DNA from: Monocercomonoides exilis PA203
Taxonomy: Eukaryota > Protista > Preaxostyla
Length of the DNA: 64,000 nucleotides
Assembly (NCBI GenBank): GCA_001643675.2
Contig: LSRY02000026.1
Location: 1 to 64,000 of the forward strand
Direction: 5' to 3'
In this document: piece by piece, positions 12,656 to 26,471 of the stretch
Numbering within the stretch: the stretch's first letter is position 1
Layout of the letters: each line of letters opens with the position of its first letter
Notes under the pieces: model-generated
Databases searched by the model: none
What the model was told of the DNA's origin: nothing
Seen by the model: only the letters and a program-made list of their open reading frames with translations
Program-made: the position numbers and the translations under genes

Positions 12656-14206
12656 TGCTCTTCCACTTAAAGAAAAATCAAATATAATTATTATAATAAG
12701 ACTAATATAAATAACAAAAGACCACACAGGCGATCTTGGCTCTTTGTGAAATTTCGAATCATATTTTGTGAAAATTACTCAAAGAAGAAAATCTATTGTT
12801 CTTAATTGTTAAAAGGCTGAAAACAAAGTATATTAAATATACCAATTAAATGTTGGTAACTTGAAAATATATGTATAATCAAAAGAAAACAAACAAAGTG
12901 TTGAGTTTGTCGAAGATGAATCAGAATAATAATTGGATAATAAAACAATGAAAATAAGATGACATATTAATTTATAAATCATACGATATTATTATTAAAA
13001 ACCAAAAGTTGCTAATTGTTTCTGTGGGTGTTTCCCTTGCAAGTTTTGATTAGAAATTTTATTGTGGTAATTTTTATGATCAAATATTTTTCATTCAAAA
13101 AAGTTTTCTATTATTTCTCAATGAAGAACTTTTTGTGAGAAATAAAAAAAAATATGAAAATTCAAAAAAATTCAAGCTTTCATTTGGACACTCTTTCAAT
13201 GAACAAATATCAGCAAATGGAGCTTTTAGATGTTGGGCAACCTAGTAATGCGATTTTTGATCATCTTGACAGATTTTCTTGCGGAACACATATTTTTTCG
13301 TTAATTTTGGAATTTTTTGTTATTTCTTGGAATTTTTTACATCTTTCGAGAATATTGATTTTTGCCCATATGAGCCCCGTTGCTGGCCTGTTCACACACA
13401 GGCGTCGCCTTTGTATTCACACTTCTCATTTGAGCTTGTCATCATTTTTGTGATTATTTTTATTTGGAAAAATAAAATGATGCAGATGTTTTTGAACTAT
13501 GTGAATTGGAATTTTTTTAATTTTTTTAAAAAATGAAATAAAAAATTAACCTTCGAATATATATTTTTTTTTTCCAATTCGAATTGATTAACTCATTTTT
13601 TTGTAAAAGTTCGTTTTCATTATTAAATATTTTTTTTCACGCAAAATAAATCAAAAAAATGAAACGAACCATCAAAATAAATTAGTTTTGATAACAAATA
13701 GAAATAAAAAAAATTATTTCTAAATAAAAAATTCTGAAATGAGAAAATAATAATAAAAAAAAAGAGAGATATATAAATTTTTAAATACTGCACAGATGTG
13801 TTGAATAGAGATTATTTGTTTAACTGATGAACAAATAAAAATAATAAGTTTGATTATTGTTTGAACATCAACAATTATTTATTTATTTTCTTTTTGAAAT
13901 ATCCGAGATAAAACAATAACTATAAATAAACAATTTTAATTTTTTCTTTGTTTCATTTCACAAATCTTCTTTTATTTTCTTTTTCACATAATTATTCATC
14001 GATCACAATCAAAACACATATATCCTCTTTTTGATCACTTTTTTCTCCTAATGCCAATAATCATCCATTTCTGCTTCGCTTTTTTTGTAATTTCACCACC
14101 GACTTCATTCACATTTGAAAAAGATAATAACAATTTGAGATCGAAAATGTGAAGATAACGATAGTGATAATTCATTGAAATGAAATTTCTTCAACTTGAA
14201 CAGCCT

Positions 14207-16036
14207 TTAAGAACATGCGACTGCACAACACACACATACGCATTTCTCTCCTTTTGTCCTCTTTCCTCCAATCGGCCAAATTATCGAATCATCCGACTTG
14301 ATCAGTGGACGACTCTCTTCTGTATCTAATATAATTTCTCTCTTCTCTCCTTTCTCACACGCCCTCTTCTGCAATGCAGGGTGCTCCTCGCACGCAGACA
14401 CACCAGACACACCAGCCTCAGCTCGATGCTCCCACCTGCCACACCCCCAAAGCCAATTCGCTCATGTGACAATAAGCATAACTGGCCAGGAAGTTGAGAA
14501 AGAGGAACATGGAGTTGCTGTCTTTTTCTCATCCACAAGTGGCTCTGCTCCTTCCTTCGCGATGAAACCGTCGCCTTCCAGCAGCGCTTGCAGAACTGTT
14601 TCCATGTGAGTTATTCCTTCTGTTCCATCACTTCCTCCTCCGGCTGCTCCTTGTGCTCCTCCTTGTGCTCCACCAATTCCCATCACTATTCCATTGTTCG
14701 ATGATGGTGAATGATTCGTTCCATTCACATTCCCATCTCCTCAAACTGCTCCTCCTATTCCAACATTCGCGTTCATCACACTCATCGAGCTGTACCTGCT
14801 TCCCAGATTGATCGGAATCCTTTCCAAATAACCTCTTTGCATCAGCGGACGGAAGAAACAATTTGTTTTCCACATTTCATGCGCTTGCACAATCCCTGTC
14901 GTGAAAAGTTATTCAAACAGTGAATATTCAGATGTGGAAAAACTCAGCCGCTCTTCATCAGTCAGATCGAGTCAGTTGTCGATGCTCGTCCCACCTTTGT
15001 TCCGCATCACGATCGACTGCATTGGTGCATCCACCTCGCCGATGGGTTATTTATTCCAGTAAATGCATTTCCGTTTCTTCTTCTTCTCGCTCGCTCTCAA
15101 ACCCAACACGTGCTTTGATTTGAATTAGCATCTGGCATGCAATCTTCTTCACCGCGTGCTTCCCTCCTCCCAGATGCTTTCAGATGAACGAAGCTTGATG
15201 AATACACTTGCTGTGGCTGTCACATGAAAATCTATTCACACGTTCTTCTCCGGTTTCAAGATGTCCCTCGCGTGGATCTATTGAAATGGGACATATTCAT
15301 TCTCATTTGTTTTCTCCTTGTTTTCCACAACTTCCATCTCCTCCATTGTTATCATTTTATCCTCCTCCTTCTCCTCCACTTGCTCCTCCACCTCCATTTC
15401 CACCCAGACCCATCCCTCCCATCTGATGCATCATCCCCTTCCTCATATTTCCTTCCTCCACTCAATACTCCACTCTCACATTAAAATTTGGAAAATTGTG
15501 TGTTTGCTAATCAATAGGATATTTTCATGTTGCTTTGCACACACACACACAAACACCTCTGTGTCTTTATATAGCAGCGGATTGGTACCTAAATTGAAAG
15601 GAAAATGCAACAGATCCAGCAGCAAGCGCATGCCAGCCTCTGTGAAGAGCAGCCCATCGTTGCGGTTGAATGTCTCGTCGGCTGGAGTGAGCTCGTGGGC
15701 AAACGTGTGGTTCAACTGGTTCAAAGACAGTTCTTTCCACAGAATCGCCTTCTCCGTGTTGTGGCGGTGCACATCCACAACAGCTGCAGAGGGAAGGATC
15801 CTCAGGCCAGTCACCACACACAATGCAGTTATCTTGCTTTTCGACTGCATTCGTCGCATTTCGCTGGTATCTTGCTCTTCTTCTTTATCCGAAAAATTAA
15901 AGAAACAGGCGGGAGCAATGCGAACTGACTGCGATGGTCTGTTGATGTCTCCAGCATCAGAAAATTTCTCCAAGCATCCACTTGTTTTTTGATTGTCTGT
16001 TTCAACCACAAATACAGAACTACATGCGTTCAACAT
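14207..16036 (-). pseudogene. Decayed protein-coding sequence of unknown family
   Basis: GC-richer, coding-like stretch broken into several short minus-strand ORFs by stops and frameshifts; no motif recognised. Confidence 0.4.
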
Positions 16037-16455
16037 GCGAAGAACTGGGCGAAAAAAGTATTTGATTTTTTCGTGTGTTCTTGCAAAAATGGCTCCGTTA
16101 AGCGGTCAAATTGACAGATCAGTCAATAAAGAAGAAGGGGAAGAAGAAGAGGAGGAGGATGCTGAAGAGACAAGAGATAAATACATATTGTTGTCGAGAA
16201 CTCTCATCAGTTGGTTCTGAATGAATGATGGAATTGAGGTTGAACATTATTTAATTGCAGATGAACAGTAATGAGCATCATTATTGAATATACTCAAAAG
16301 TTAAATAAAATAATTTAAAACAGTTAATGAAAAGGCAAACAACACGAAACATTTCAATAAGCCTTTCTAATTTTTCTCGAAATGATATATTTATTTATAT
16401 TATGTTTAATAGCTTCATTCATCTTCTTGTCATCACTTCAGTCACTTAAAAAAAG

Positions 16456-17032
16456 ACAATATTTGATTTTTGAGTATTTTGCAAATTGATAATAAAAACA
16501 AACTTTGTCAAAAATGAACAAGAATTAATATAGTCACATTGAATAGTCTTTCTGTTTGTTTCATCAAAAATTGTCTATGTGCCAAACAAAATTACCAGTT
16601 TCTAAATAAATAGGTCAAAATTCTTATATTAATGAAAAATAACAACGATTTGTAACAAACCTTTTATACAGCTTTGTCATTACAAGTCAGACGTCCTCAC
16701 ATATTAAATATATAGAATGACTGAAAAAAAATAAGAAAAATCTTCGAAGACAGTGCATGGGAAACAATTCATTTCACACAACACTTCATCCCAAATAAAA
16801 AATATGTTAAAAAACAAATTATCACCAACTTTTTCCACTAACAGATTTTCAAAAAAAAGCATCAAACTTGTTTATTATTGTTATTTATTCACATTGAGCA
16901 AAATAGATCATGGTATTCTTAATGGCGCCATTAATAATAATTTGTATTTTTTATGATCAAAAATTTCAAAAATTTTTCAAAATTTTTTATTTTTGTTTCA
17001 TTTAATTTGTGAATATTATTGCTTTATTAATG
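16456..17032 (+). repeat. Left terminal inverted repeat (577 bp)
   Basis: Reverse complement of 20059-20635; one mismatch seen near the outer end. Confidence 0.95.
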
Positions 17033-17391
17033 TAAAAAAAGTCATATGAATGTTGTTAATTAATTATTAAAACTTTTTTTTTAATGTGATATCAAAATTA
17101 ATATAAATAATATTTATTAGAAATTTAAATATTTTTTTTTGAAGTATTTGAAATTTATTTTTTAATTATCAAATAATGAGAAAGCAATATGAGTTGTTAA
17201 TTATTTTTTCCGCAATGAAAAAAATTTAGAAATTTTCATTAAACTTTGAATATTTTTTTTTATTGTATCTTATTTTATATTTGTTCAAAAATAGATAAAC
17301 ATTGTTTATTTTTTTATGTTCAATTTTTTATTGGTCAGAAATTTAACATATTTAGTTGAATTTGATTTTTATTATTTTTTTTTATTGTTTT

Positions 17392-19909
17392 ATGAGTTCC
17401 ATTTCTCATAAAAAAATTCCCATATATTGCAATTTCATTGACTGGATCGGTTTATCGACAATGTTGTCAGCTAAAAGGGTTCATAATGGATTGGAATTTA
17501 GAAGCCTGCAGAAGGATATGGTCCAACTCACAAATTTTTTTCAAAAAATGTCACTCTCTCACGCAGAAATGGTTTCATTTATGTTTTTCCAACAAACACA
17601 AGTAGGAAGGCAACTTTTCGAAAGTTTATTAAAATCATTTAATGGCGTGTCTTTCTTAAACAATGTTTTATTTATGTAATTTTTCTTTATTCAATGTTTT
17701 TTTAAATATTCTTTTTTTATTTATAAATATTTATTATTATTATTTTTTTATTTTGCAATATGAAGATCCACTGAAACGAACCATAAAATAGCTGAGTCAT
17801 GTTTTCAATAGCCTCTCCTATGAATTACAAAGTGAAATGCTATTGATTCTGACAAAAGAATTCTCTCAGCAGACACTAAGCCAAGAGTTTGGGTTTGTAA
17901 TAAAACCAGCGCCTTTTCGAGCATCCTTTTTCGATCAAAAGAAAGAAATTTCAACAGAAAGAACACCGCCAATGAAAAGGAAACAACGTTCTTCTCAACG
18001 TGATTCTTCAAAATCATATTTTGGATATCTTGGAGCCGAAAATGAAAAAATTGATACAATAGAAATGGATATGGAAGATTCAGAAGATTGCATTTCACTC
18101 AATTACACTCCGAAATCATCTTCATTATCACCATCAACTTCAACATTATCATCATCCTCATCTTCCTCAATCAACCCTCTCTCCTTTCCATCTCCTTTTA
18201 TGTTTTCTGCTTTTCCTCCATCAGAAAAATCAATTCCATCATCTTCTTCACCTTTCCCATCATTCTCATCTCCTTCCTCCTCCTCATTCCCATCGACTTC
18301 ATTTTCTTCCTCATCCTTCCCTTCTGCTTCAAATTTATCCTCTTTCCATCCTTTGAATATGGCTTCTCCATCTTCATTTAAATCTTCTTCCTCTCCATCA
18401 TTTCCATCTTCTTCTTTCCCACTAACTCTTTCGAATATTCATCCTTCAACAGTTTCATCCGTATCCTCATCTGCTTCCTTTCCTGCTTCCCCCTCTTCCT
18501 CATCCTCTTTGTCTTCTTCTCTTTCTCCTTTTCCTTCCCCTTCCACTTCTCCTTCTCCTCCATCTTTCTCCTCTCCTTCCTCTCTCTCATCCTCCTCTTC
18601 CTCTTCCTCTCCTTTATTTTCATCCTCTCCTTCTCCTTCTCCTCCATCTCACTCCTCTCCTTCCTCTTCCTCCTCCTCTTCTTCTTCTTGTTCTTCTTGT
18701 TCTTGTTCTTCTTCCTCCTCCTCCCCTTCCTCTCCCTCTTTAACTTTGTCAACTTCATCACCCTTAGAGTCAGAGTTAGCAACACTCTTTCACAGCAAAA
18801 AGAAAATATCTTCAAATGAAGATGACGATATGGAATCCAATTCAAAAAACCCTTCAAGAACTGACACAGTTTATCTGATGTTTGCACCAATTGAGAGATT
18901 TATCGACTGTTTATCAATGCATGTGATGGATGGTAATGTGGGTTCAAGATCTTGTGTTTACAAATACAAAATTTCGAAAAGAGGATTGAGGAATCTGGGA
19001 AAGACTTGTTCATTCAGTTCATTATGTCAATGTTTTGCATCTCTGGATTTGGGAAGGAGCTTTTCGAGCAAAAGAAACTTGACAGATCGACAATCGCTTC
19101 AATTGGTTCTGCAATGTTTGAGTGGGTGTGATTTTCAGAAATTCTTTTGGGGAACGAAGAGAATGATTCAGATGTATGAGAATAATTTTGGACCATTGAT
19201 GGAACCTAAAGGTTCTCTTTCAACATATGAAAAATTTCTGGAGTTATTGTCGGAGGAGGATGATGGTGTTATTAAAAAGTTTCAACTTCATAGTCACAAG
19301 TTTATGAAATGTCAGTCTTGTAATCAATTGACTTCAAAGCCAAGGGGAATCACGTTGGAGGTGCCAATATCAAACGCTGATATTGTTGAAGGTTTAAATT
19401 CTTATTTTTCTGTCGTGAAAGAGGAGGAGGATCAAATGAAACAGGTGTGTGGAAAATGTTCAACTGGAAGAATTGAATTGAAATGGATCAGGCTTGATGC
19501 TTTTCCCTGTGTTTTGTGTGTGTTTCATAACAATCTGACACCTTCGTCAGTCAATCCCCCTCCAACTCAACTGTTTGTTGCTGAAAAAGGAAATGGCCCT
19601 TTTGATATCTGCTTTTTTGATCCTTTGAAAGCAAAAACTTCCCTGAAATTCTTCTCTGACAATAATATGATTGCAGCAAAATATCAGCTTTGTGGAACTG
19701 TGATTCATTCAACATCAAAATTCAAAGATGGACATTTTATTGCAGTTGTGAAGGATAAAAAGCATTTGATTGAAGAGAAAAGCATTTTCTTTGAATGCGA
19801 CGATGAGGTTGTTTCACTGCTAGCATTTGATAAATGGAATCAGTATTGGAAAAATTTATCATTGGAAGGATGGAAGTCAGGATTAACATTTTATCAACTT
19901 ATTGAATAA
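17392..19909 (+). CDS. Ubiquitin-specific protease (peptidase C19/USP-like) with a long Ser/Pro-rich N-terminal region. Main ORF 17837-19909, possible upstream exon 17392-17646.
   Basis: Cys box RGLRNLGKTCSFSSLCQCF; two CxxC pairs (CQSC, CGKC); His box YQLCGTVIH...DGHFIAVV...FECDDEVV. A putative phase-0 GT-AG intron 17647-17791 would join the upstream exon (less certain). Confidence 0.85.
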
Positions 19910-20058
19910 ATATTTATTTTTTTTGTATTTTTTTTTCATTTTTAATTAACATTTTTAATAAAAAAATACCAATAAAATATTTCTTTGAATAAAATTAATT
20001 TTTTTCACCTTTAATCAAACAATAAAAAAATCAAAACCAATTTCTGATGAAATGTTTG

Positions 20059-20635
20059 CATTAATAAAGCAATAATATTCACAAATTAAATGAAACAAAA
20101 ATAAAAAATTTTGAAAAATTTTTGAAATTTTTGATCATAAAAAATACAAATTATTATTAATGGCGCCATTAAGAATACCATGATCTATTTTGCTCAATGT
20201 GAATAAATAACAATAATAAACAAGTTTGATGCTTTTTTTTGAAAATCTGTTAGTGGAAAAAGTTGGTGATAATTTGTTTTTTAACATATTTTTTATTTGG
20301 GATGAAGTGTTGTGTGAAATGAATTGTTTCCCATGCACTGTCTTCGAAGATTTTTCTTATTTTTTTTCAGTCATTCTATATATTTAATATGTGAGGACGT
20401 CTGACTTGTAATGACAAAGCTGTATAAAAGGTTTGTTACAAATCGTTGTTATTTTTCATTAATATAAGAATTTTGACCTATTTATTTAGAAACTGGTAAT
20501 TTTGTTTGGCACATAGACAATTTTTGATGAAACAAACAGAAAGACTATTCAATGTGACTATATTAATTCTTGTTCATTTTTGACAAAGTTTGTTTTTATT
20601 ATCAATTTGCAAAATACTCAAAAATCAATTATTGT
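20059..20635 (-). repeat. Right terminal inverted repeat (577 bp)
   Basis: Reverse complement of 16456-17032. Confidence 0.95.
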
Positions 20636-20799
20636 ATTGCTGTTTATGTGTGATTTGAAATTATTATCAAATTATCAATATTTCACTTCATTAGGAAGTG
20701 TGTCGGAAATGTGAAATGTTTCAAAACAAAAGCACCATGTAAATGATTGGAAAGTGAAGAAAAGAACTTTATAAAGTATTGGATAAGCTCTACAGGCAA

Positions 20800-23285
20800 A
20801 ACAAGAGAGATGAAGATGAGCAGGGAGTGAAAGAAGCTAAGAAAGATTCTGACAGTGTTCCGAAGAAGTTGAGAAGAATTCGATGATGAAGACTAACGGA
20901 ACATAAGCTCAGGGGATGGATGGCTGTATGAAGAGGACAATGCAGACGATGAGAATATTCTGAAGCTGATGAGCTATGAGAATGTGGTGAATGTGGGAGG
21001 AATTCTATCAGATGACGAATCAACTGACAGCTCAGAAAGCGATGTGAATGAAAAGGAAGGAGCATATGATGATGATGCGAATGACACTGAAACAAAACAA
21101 AGTGCTTCGATGAAAAAGAAAGAAAACGAAAACAACGAAGTTCAAGAAAGTGTTGAAATGCTTCAAAAGAAAGTTAATCAAACAGAATCAGATAAGAATG
21201 CAAACGCAAAAGAGTCTGATCAAAACAACAAAAAAGGCTAAACGAATAATAATGAGCCAAAAATAGAGCCTTTTTCATCGCAAAAGCAGCAATAACAACT
21301 CCCTCTCCCCCATCTTCACCTTCACTCTCTCCACAGCCTAAACAATATACTTCAGCAAGAGATGCCTTTGGAACGATACGCTTTACGCGAGTGAAGTGAA
21401 TGAACTGCGGATGGAGAGGGGTTGGAAGGAGGGAGTTGATTGTGAACAGCAAAGAGATGGAGATGGGGAGATGATCTGTTGGTGCAGCTGCAATGTCGCT
21501 GTTACCTGTTGTTGTTGTTGGAGTAGGAGTGGTGATATTGGGTGAAATGGGGATGAAGAATTTCAACAGAGAAGTGACAAGGGCGATGCAAGATGAGTTT
21601 CAGAATGAGAAAGGGAAGGTGGACGATGAAGAGGCGAAGATTACGTATAATTCATTGGGATCTGATGATCAGAGAGAAAAACTGCTTTGTCTGATGAAAC
21701 TGCAGGAGATACAGAAGAAGATGAGTGAGAAAGATGAGTGGGAGCGCAGGAAAATGGAGAAAGAAGAAAAAGACAAAAATCTATTTAGCAGCATCTGATG
21801 AATACAGCAACCACACATTGAGACAGGTACTCCGACCAACCAGAAGGAGAACAAAATGGCCAGCGAGGCGCAGCAAGAGGCGAAAGAAAGCAAAACGCCA
21901 TTTTTGACAAGAGAGCGGAAATTGGACTGCATGTTGAATGATTTAACTAATTCTGACTTTGAAGATTTGAGCGATGAACAGGATGTGTCCTGCTACTATG
22001 TGCGTATCAAAAGCAAGGAAAATGGGCAATTTGTGTGGAAGATGAGGAAGATGCCTGTTTATGCAGCAGTCGACGCGAGGCAGACAAGAACGCGGTTGGA
22101 TCTGATGAGTGCGCTGAAGAGCGGGCTAAAGTTAAGTTGGGAGGAACTGCGAAGAGGAAGCATAAGTGACACACAGAAAGGGAAGGAAAGGAACAGGGAA
22201 AGGATCACCTCTGCTGTTTCAGAAGGAGAATGGGAAAAGAACATTCATTCAGAGCAGTGTGCCTGGGAGAAGAGATGCGTTGTCGAAGCTGTTTTCTTCG
22301 CTGTCGTTCTCAAAGTTGGTATCTTTCTTCATTTCTCACAACAGAAGAAAGAACTCAGTTTCTTCTGTTGGCCCTGAAGACTTTGGATGCTCATCTCAAA
22401 TAGGATCACAAAATCGACTCAGAATCACCAGCTCTTTCAACCTCTTCGCCAAGTTCGGGTGCTTCTTCTCCCGCTATTCAACCTCAGTCCATTCCTATTC
22501 GAACGAAGGAAAATGAAAAATCCGCAACTCAGCAAACTTCTTCTTCCTCATCTTCATCTTCTTCGTCATCATCTTCATCTCCTGTTTTTACCTCTGCTTC
22601 TTCTGCTTCAACTCCTCCTGCTATTCGACCGCTTGCCCTGGAAGGAGGGAAAAGTCCTTCGACTCCAAACAAATTGCACCTTTCTTCGTCTGAGCAAATC
22701 GCCTTTGATCCTTTGGATGCAGTCAACCAGGTGAAAGAACAAGCACAAAAGACAGAAACAAACAGAAAAGAGGTTTCACCAAAAGAGCAAACAGGAAATC
22801 TTCCTATTGAAAATGTGAATGAAACTGCTATTGTTCAAAAGAGTCCATTGATTTCAGATGCGTTGCTTCCGCGTTCCAGTTCAAGGCATTCGTTTCCTGT
22901 GTATCCTATTCCCTCTCAACAGCAAGCAGTCGCAAAGAAAAAGAAAGCTGCTTCAATGCTGTCACCGAAACCGCAGCGCCTGCGAAGAGAAATGTGGCTG
23001 GGTGAACTGATAAAAGAGGGGCTTGTGTATGAAGATGCTGACCAGGATGCGTGGAATGAGATGAGAGAGGCTGTGCAAAGGAGAACGAGGAAGTGTTTGA
23101 GTCTGAAAGTTACAGTGATGATGAAGAGGAGGAAGAAGAAAAGGAGAAAGAAAGTGATGAATTAACAGAGAGAACAAAAGAAGATAGACAAGATGATGAA
23201 ACGAAAAAAGAAGAAGATGGTCAATTGGTAGAAATGCAATCTTCGTCTTCACACTTTCCTGATGATAATATTCAAAAACGTCATC

Positions 23286-23316
<31 letters not shown>

Positions 23317-25870
23317 TCACAAAGATTTAACAGGCAGACATCATCAAAAGAATATTTGCCCAATTCACTCTTCCTCTTCATCGTCTCGTGTGATGTTCAG
23401 AAGGTGTCTTCCACTCACTCGGACACAAACAGTCATTATTTCTCAACAATCGCAGGCTGTTTCATCAACGCGACATTTCGTTCCCTCAAAAAAGATATTC
23501 GTTGTGAATGCTCTTTTGTTTGACCTGCCAAACCAATCTGTTTCTCAAACACAGCAACAGCCATATTCGTCAACATCCTCTTCGTTTTCTCCTTCTTCAA
23601 TCTCTCCTTTAGCAGCCAGCTCCATTCGCCTCATGCAGCTTATGCAGCTCACACGGGGTATCAACAGAAAAGTGACAATAAACGAGACAGAGAGGCAATT
23701 TCCACAAAAGATATTAGGCGATCGTGTACTCAACTCTGCATCCACACAGCCGATTGCCCAGCGCATCCATCCAATCATTCTATGCGGAGATCTGTCTGCT
23801 CCTTTGCTCGAAGACCCCGCTCTGCGCTTCCTTCTTCAGGGAGTGGAGACACAAACACACCCATCTTTGTGTGATAGTGGTGTTGTTCCACGAGCACTGA
23901 CTGCTCCATCGATGGCAAATGAGAATGTGGAGATGGCAGACACGACAGAAAAGATGAAGAGAAAAGAGGTGCTCCCGAAGAGGATTGGATGTGCTCGTGC
24001 GTTGTGGAGAAGAGAAAGAAGACTGAGACAAGAAAATGACTCTGCGATAACTTCAACTCTGCCACATTTGGATTCGCTCACCCCAACAACATCATCATCA
24101 TCATCTTCTTCTTCTTCTTCGTATTCAAACAATAATCCAAAATTACTTCGATGCCGCCGTTTTGAAGAAGCAGACGGAATGTCTTTTCTTCGCGAAGAAG
24201 AAAATGAGCTGATGTTTGTTGTGTCAACAGCTATGAAGCAGCGGAGGGCAGAAATAAAGCAGAAGAATCCAACGTATTTCAGACAAATGAAGCAAAAGGA
24301 AGCAGTTGCCAGAACTGTTTTGATGGAAAAGCTGAAAAGGAAATAAATAGAACTTACTCAATTTTCTTTGAGCAAAAATCTGAAGGAAAAGATTAAAAAA
24401 AGAAAACGCAATGAAAAAGAGAGTTGTAAAGGGCATGATTCAGAGAATGAGTCTGATTCTGATTCAAAAATGAAAGATAGAATTCAAACGAAAAAGAATG
24501 AAGAACAGATAGACAAAACTTCTTCGTGTTCATTTGAAATTCAACAAGTTCACCCTATTTTCCGTCAAACTTCATTTTCTTCACCAAAGTTTCGTATTTC
24601 TGGACTGCTTGGCGATTCAAGTTATTCATTTATGCATCCCTCTTCTCAAACTAATTCATCTTCGCCTTTATCACCTTCGTTGGCTGAGACATCAAAATCA
24701 CCTTGTTCTTATTCATTGTTTGACTTAACACAGTCTTCCACCTCTTCTTCTCCTTGGGACTTCAATCGAATTGCAAAGGCGTCACAGTTACCGCTTGTTC
24801 CGCACATGTTTCAACCTCTTCACAGACGCTTTCCTTCGTCTCTTTCTGATCCGCATTCACTTGTGTGGTGGATGCGCCTGATGAGCGAAATGAATTTGTA
24901 ATTCAAAAACGAGAGTGATAATGATGATGACGGTGCTGATATTGAATTTGATGAAGATTCATGTTATATGGAAATAGATGATGAAAGTGATGATTGAACT
25001 GGAAAGACAATGGAACAAGAACAGCAGAGATTGAATCAAAGTAATACATTTTCCATATGCAGTCAGGGAGATAGTGCTTCATTGTGCTTGATGAACAGTC
25101 GAACAGACAGAAGAGCCAGATTAATACAAAGACGAAGGAGCAACCAGATTAATGATAATATTTATATACCACATGATTTTGATCAATCGCAACTTCATCC
25201 TTTATATCCTTTTGTATTGTCTTCATTTTCTCCTTCAACTCCTTATTTTTCATCAACCTTCTTCAACGAACAACAAAAAAATTGTCATTTCCATTTCATT
25301 CAAATTCTCATCGAATTCAGGGCCAAGCGTCATCTTTTATTTTCTTTTCGGAAGCACAAAAGGATTATTTATTCTATCGCAGAATATCAGCTGAAATTAT
25401 ATGTCAACGGAAGTGATTCAATATCAAACCAAGAAAAGCCGATCATCAGGTGCACAATCCATGAAGGTTGCCTCTGCATAATTCATTTTGAGATTGAAAG
25501 AATTCACAGAAAACAAAAGGAGCAGGGCAGAAAACGTTATTTGGAACGAACGATTATGTGGATGATCTTCGAGAGGTTGCATTATTACATGCGCCTTCAA
25601 TATATCGCAGAAGATGAAACAAAGAGAGAAAGCGGTTGTTTCAGGAAGATCAATAATCGAAGGATAATTCTATGAAATAAGTGCGTCTGCAGCGCTCAAA
25701 AAAGGAGAAATGGGAGTGATAAAAGAAATGGATATTTTTGAAGAGCTTATTGATATGCTTGAAGAAATGCTTTTCGAAGAGATGAAATGGATGATTCCTT
25801 AAAACAACAACCTTTGTTTTCATTTGAAAAAGAAGAGAAAATTGATGAAGAAAGGAAGAAGAAATATTAA
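20800..25870 (+). pseudogene. Long frameshifted/stop-interrupted coding region, possibly a CCR4/Angel-like EEP-family relic
   Basis: Chain of + ORFs (20969, 21493, 21856, 22674, 23093, 24368, 25010). Motifs KITYNSLG, IFVVNALLFDLP and PIILCGDLSAP..ALRFLLQG resemble EEP SYNIL / NTHL / GDFN motifs. Poly-His and poly-Ser inserts. Confidence 0.4.
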
Positions 25871-26471
25871 TTTCTGAGCAAATGTTGTTCTACTCCAAAG
25901 AAAAGTGATGATATATGCTCTTGTTGAAAAGAAGATGAAAATTCATGAACGCAAAGTGAAATGAAAAGCCATCAGAATTAGAAGATATTTATATGAGTAT
26001 TAGAAAAATAATATCGCATACAGTGAATTTTGTATCGACCGCGCTGAAGGTGAGAGTCTTTGTGGGAGTGAAAGTGGAGATGAGAAGAGAGAGAGAAGCA
26101 TCGCTGAAGGGAGCAATGCATCCGAGAGCATACTCCACTATGGCACATGGGCTTTGCTGTGTTTTGCCACAGGCATCTGCATCAATTCCACCATTTGCAA
26201 CGATTTTGTTCCCGTTGTTTGTTGCATCCTTTTCAACATTATCTCCATTTGACGAATCCGTTGAACTGCTCAGCAACAACAGGAACTTAATGATGAAGTT
26301 TCAGCAAAATTAATATTAAACGCATCGCAACTTCTTTTGAAAATTCACAAATTTTATGTATATAAAGCCATCCATAATGTTCAACAAATAATATTTTCTT
26401 CAAAAATTTTTGTATTGCAAGTTTTGAAACTTGTGATTATATTTTTAAATTTTAGGTTCATTTTTATTTTC

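Larger units (their letters stand above)
16456..20635. mobile_element. ~4.2 kb long-TIR element carrying a USP protease gene and no recognisable transposase
   Basis: 577-bp inverted repeats 16456-17032 and 20059-20635 (mirror ORFs 16753-16956 and 20135-20338 translate identically) flank a single gene. No TSD found. Confidence 0.8.

Noticed and set aside
16440-16470. Target-site duplication for the USP element
   Set aside because: Tested boundaries (16456/20635, 16463/20628, 16465/20626) gave no matching direct repeat
16753-16956. Identical 67-aa ORFs at 16753-16956 (+) and 20135-20338 (-)
   Set aside because: By-product of the inverted repeat; GTG start, AT-rich, no protein motif
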